Below are positions 60,617 through 64,000 of a DNA stretch of 64,000 nt, piece after piece. Position 1 is the stretch's first letter, and the number at the start of each line of letters is the position of its first letter. The stretch lies in contig CM126204.1 in the NCBI GenBank assembly GCA_052327205.1, positions 104,222,001 to 104,286,000 on the forward strand, in the 5' to 3' direction. Under the pieces are notes generated by a model. It ran no database searches. It saw nothing but the letters and a program-made list of their open reading frames with translations, and was not told the origin of the DNA. The position numbers were made by a program, and so were the translations under genes. The stretch is from Somniosus microcephalus (taxonomy: Eukaryota).

Positions 60617-61193
60617 AGGTAGAGTTTCTGCTAGGTTGTGCTGGTTTTACCAACGCAATTCACCCAAAATCAGCCAAATCAGATTAAAAGATCGAGGAAT
60701 TTCAAGTTACGTCCAGCGCAAATCAAGTTTCCGCGATCTTTTGCGCTGGAAGCTGACCCCGCCCACAAAACTGGCCACACCCCTGATCGAATAAATCACC
60801 ATGACGAGTTTCCGCTAATTGCACCAGTTTCGGCCCTTCAAGGAGACTCCTCAAATTAAGCTGTTTTTTGGTGCAAGGACTAGTGTACACCAATGAAAGT
60901 AGTAAATGGTTCTGTGTAGTTTTTTAAAGTCATTTTCAGTGATTTAAAAGGTGGTGAACTCGACATTCTTATTAAAAATGCTTACTTTTTGTGATAAACC
61001 CAATTTCAGCTGTATTAATAAAACTGCTCCAGGTTACCACTCTTAAATACATCAAGGAATATATTTTAATGCACGGGGTAGAGGGGGGGGGGGGGGAACA
61101 ATGACTTTCTAAAACACTGCCCGATTGCGCTGGTTCATGGGAGATTTTACGTTTTGTGATTCTGCAAATGAGTTTGAGCGGAAACTTGAACCA
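60617..61193. mobile_element. Degenerate MITE
   Basis: GGTAGAGTTTCTGCT and AGCGGAAACTTGAACC form imperfect inverted ends around a CpG-rich interior. Confidence 0.45.
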
Positions 61194-62059
61194 TAACTTC
61201 ACTTCGGAAAACCAGCGCAATTTCAAACGCAATTTGTGCCCAGATTGCCGACACAGAAGTCCAATTTCCTTTCTTGGAGTTGAAAAGAAAAACGGAGGAG
61301 GAGGGGGCAGCCTGAGTCACCGAGTTCTCCCCAGCGAGTGTCAATGCTGCTTTGTGATCACCCACAAGGGCGGCAAGTTTTGCTGTCCAAGTCAGACAAG
61401 GTCAGCTATGGCCATTTGATTGAGAATCAGAGGTTTAATCGACTTGAGTTACCAGTCCTGCACACTCTGAAAATAGCACTGGCTGACTTGGAGGGCACTT
61501 TTGAAGGTCTGTCCCTGTGATGTCATCATCAAGTATACAATGACATTGCCAAGTGCCTTGGATAGATGGCTCATACACTTTGACACTATTAGATTTACTT
61601 TCCTCTGTGCACTATTTTTAGCACACTGGTTAGCATATTTGCATTAAATTCTTGTCCGCACTATTTTATTGCAGTCATTTAAAACAAATGAATTAAAATG
61701 GCGCCAAAAGATACAAGCTCCAGCATATAAAAATCACAGCACTGCTGCAGAGATAGCTGGGGAACAAGTAGTGGTGCAACAGATTAGATCGTGAATTTTT
61801 ACTTGGGGTTCACTCTTCTACTTATTCCAGCTCAAGCTGTTCCAGGAATTGCACTACCCATGTAACACACAAAAAGACGGCAAAAATGGCTCTGCTTTCT
61901 AAGAGTTGCCTCAGACAATTCAGGCTTGTCCAAAAACAATTCAGTATTTCTAAGTGTATGAATCATTAAACTGAAAAAAAGACCAACAAACACCCGTTAA
62001 GGAGCGGTCAGACTTTCACTGTTTATATGGCGAGCTCAAAAAAAGCACGCCAGTATCCT

Positions 62060-64000
62060 ATGTCTTTTAGGTGATGACACCTTACCCTTAAATGAAGCCT
62101 CCCCACCTGGCTATACCTTCCACCACTTGCCCCGCTCATGGTGGCGGTGTGGCTTTCATCAGCAAATCACACCTTGGTCTGTCCCTCTACTCCTCCGGCA
62201 CTTTCTCCTCCTTTGAGCATCTTACCTTATTCCACCCCTCATCTCTCATTTAAAATTCTCGTTCTCTACCGCCCACCCAAGTACCATAAAAACGTTATTA
62301 CCGAGATATCTTCACTGCTTTCCTCCCTCAGCCTCTGCACCGAGCGACTTCTCATCCTCGATTTCAACCTCCATCTCAATTCATCATGCTCTCTCTCCAC
62401 TGAGTTCACTAGCCTCCTATCCTCTCCCTCCATGTAAACGCCCCACCCCATATTCACGGCCACCTCCTCGACTTTGCCATCTCTCGTGGCCTCGCTACTC
62501 CCATCATGTCAATCGCAGAGAAGGCCATCTCTGACCACTTTTTCGTATCGCTCTCCACCCACATCCCCCTTTCACCACCAACCCCCGCCCACAAAACCTA
62601 CTTCCTTCTGTGTCCGCCCCTTAAAAAAAAACTCTCCCAACTGTGTTACAAAATCCCACTGTCCAGCCTTTGGCCCTCCATTCACCACGACATTTCTGCA
62701 GCTACCGATCTGCTCAACCACACCAACACCTTTGATGCCATAGTCCTTATTAAAACAATTACCCTCTCTCACCCTGGCCATTCCCCCTGGTACGGCCATT
62801 ACCTTCGCTCCCTTAAGTCCAAGGGACGGAGACTTGAACGGATATGGTGGACAACTGGTTTAGCCATCCACTGCCAGATCTGGCTGGACCACAAAGTATT
62901 ATCGGGTCCTGCTCTCGTTTGCTAAAATTGCTCACTATTCCAGAATCATTCTGGAATGCAAAGATAAACCCTGACTTCTATTCTCCACTCGTCTTCTTAA
63001 ACCCCTCTCCCGTCTCCTCCACCCGCACCTCCGACAACAAGTGTGAGGAGCTCATGAGCTTCTTTGTCTCTAAGATTGAGACCATTTGTTCAGTTGACTC
63101 CACCATGTCCCTTCCTTCCCCTAGACCACCGGGCCAAACTTCCTCCAAGGTTCCCCCCTGCCCTAGTCCTGAACTCGCATCTTTCTCCAGTTTCTCTCCA
63201 ATCTCTGCTCATGACCTCTCCGCGCTCATCTTGTCCACGAGACCCTCTTCCTGCTCCCTCGACCCTATTCCCACCAAACTGCTGACCACCCAACTTCTTT
63301 TTCTGGCTCCCATATTAGCTGACATTGTTAACCGTTCTCTCTCCTCATGTACTATCCCCCTGTCCCTCAAATCTGCCGTCATCACTCCTCTCCTCAAAAA
63401 ACCAACACTTGACCCCTCCGTCCTTGCAAACAATTGTCCCATCTCCAACCTCCCTTTCCTCTCCAAAGTCCTTGAATGCATTGTTGCCTCCCAAATCCAT
63501 GCCCATCTTTCCCGCAACTCCATGTCTGAATCCCTCCAATCACGTTTCCACTCCTGCCATCGTACCAAAACGGCTCTCATCAAAGTCACAAATGACATCC
63601 TTTGCGACTGTGACAAAAGGTAAACTATACCTCCTCGCCCTCCTTGACTTGTCTGCAGCCTTTGACACGGTTGACCACTCCATCCTCCTCCAACGCCTCT
63701 CCACCGTCGTCCAGCTGGGTGGGACTGCACTCGCCTGGTTCCATTCTTATCTATCTAATCGTAGCCAGAGAATCACCTGCAACAGCTTCTCTTCCTGTTC
63801 CCACATCGTTACCACTGGTGTCCCCCAAGGATCTATCCTTGGCCTCCTCCTATTTCTCATCTACATGCTGCCCCTTGGCGACATCATCCGAAAACACAGC
63901 GTCAGTTTGCACATGTACACTGACGACACCCAGCTCTACCTCACCACCACTTCTCTCGACCCCTCCACGGTCTCTAAATTGTCAGACTGTCTAATATCCA
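62060..64000 (+). mobile_element. L2 LINE ORF2 (endonuclease and RT), frameshifted, running off the window
   Basis: PPGYTFHHLPR, LVLYRPPK, DFNLH, SDHF; LKKPTLDP...PISNLPFLSKVLE; LDLSAAFDTVDH; GVPQGSILG; YTDDTQLY. Confidence 0.93.

Overview
Eukaryotic DNA from a vertebrate, most likely a cartilaginous fish (shark); this is inferred from the Deu-domain SINE, CR1/L2 and Penelope repeat complement. The only host protein-coding sequence I can support is the large terminal exon of BCL11A on the minus strand (45513-47527, six C2H2 fingers). Its 3' UTR lies below it, its intron above it, and repeat-rich gene desert fills about 1-42.9 kb. Mobile DNA includes an intact young Ty3/Gypsy LTR retrotransposon (11302-15899, 5-bp TSD, single 1302-aa gag-pol ORF) nested in a Harbinger-type MITE, a decayed PIF/Harbinger element with several related MITEs, nested CR1/L2 LINEs, Penelope-like fragments and SINEs. 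The most notable observations are: (1) the Gypsy element has no tRNA primer-binding site and instead carries a 15-nt perfect complement to the poly(A)-signal region of its own 5' LTR; (2) a 120 x 31-bp minisatellite has grown out of an L2 ORF2 segment; (3) a nested palindrome cluster sits at 25-27.3 kb; (4) two direct repeats with hammerhead-like cores lie in the BCL11A intron. All comparisons to human BCL11A and to repeat families come from memory and were not computed.
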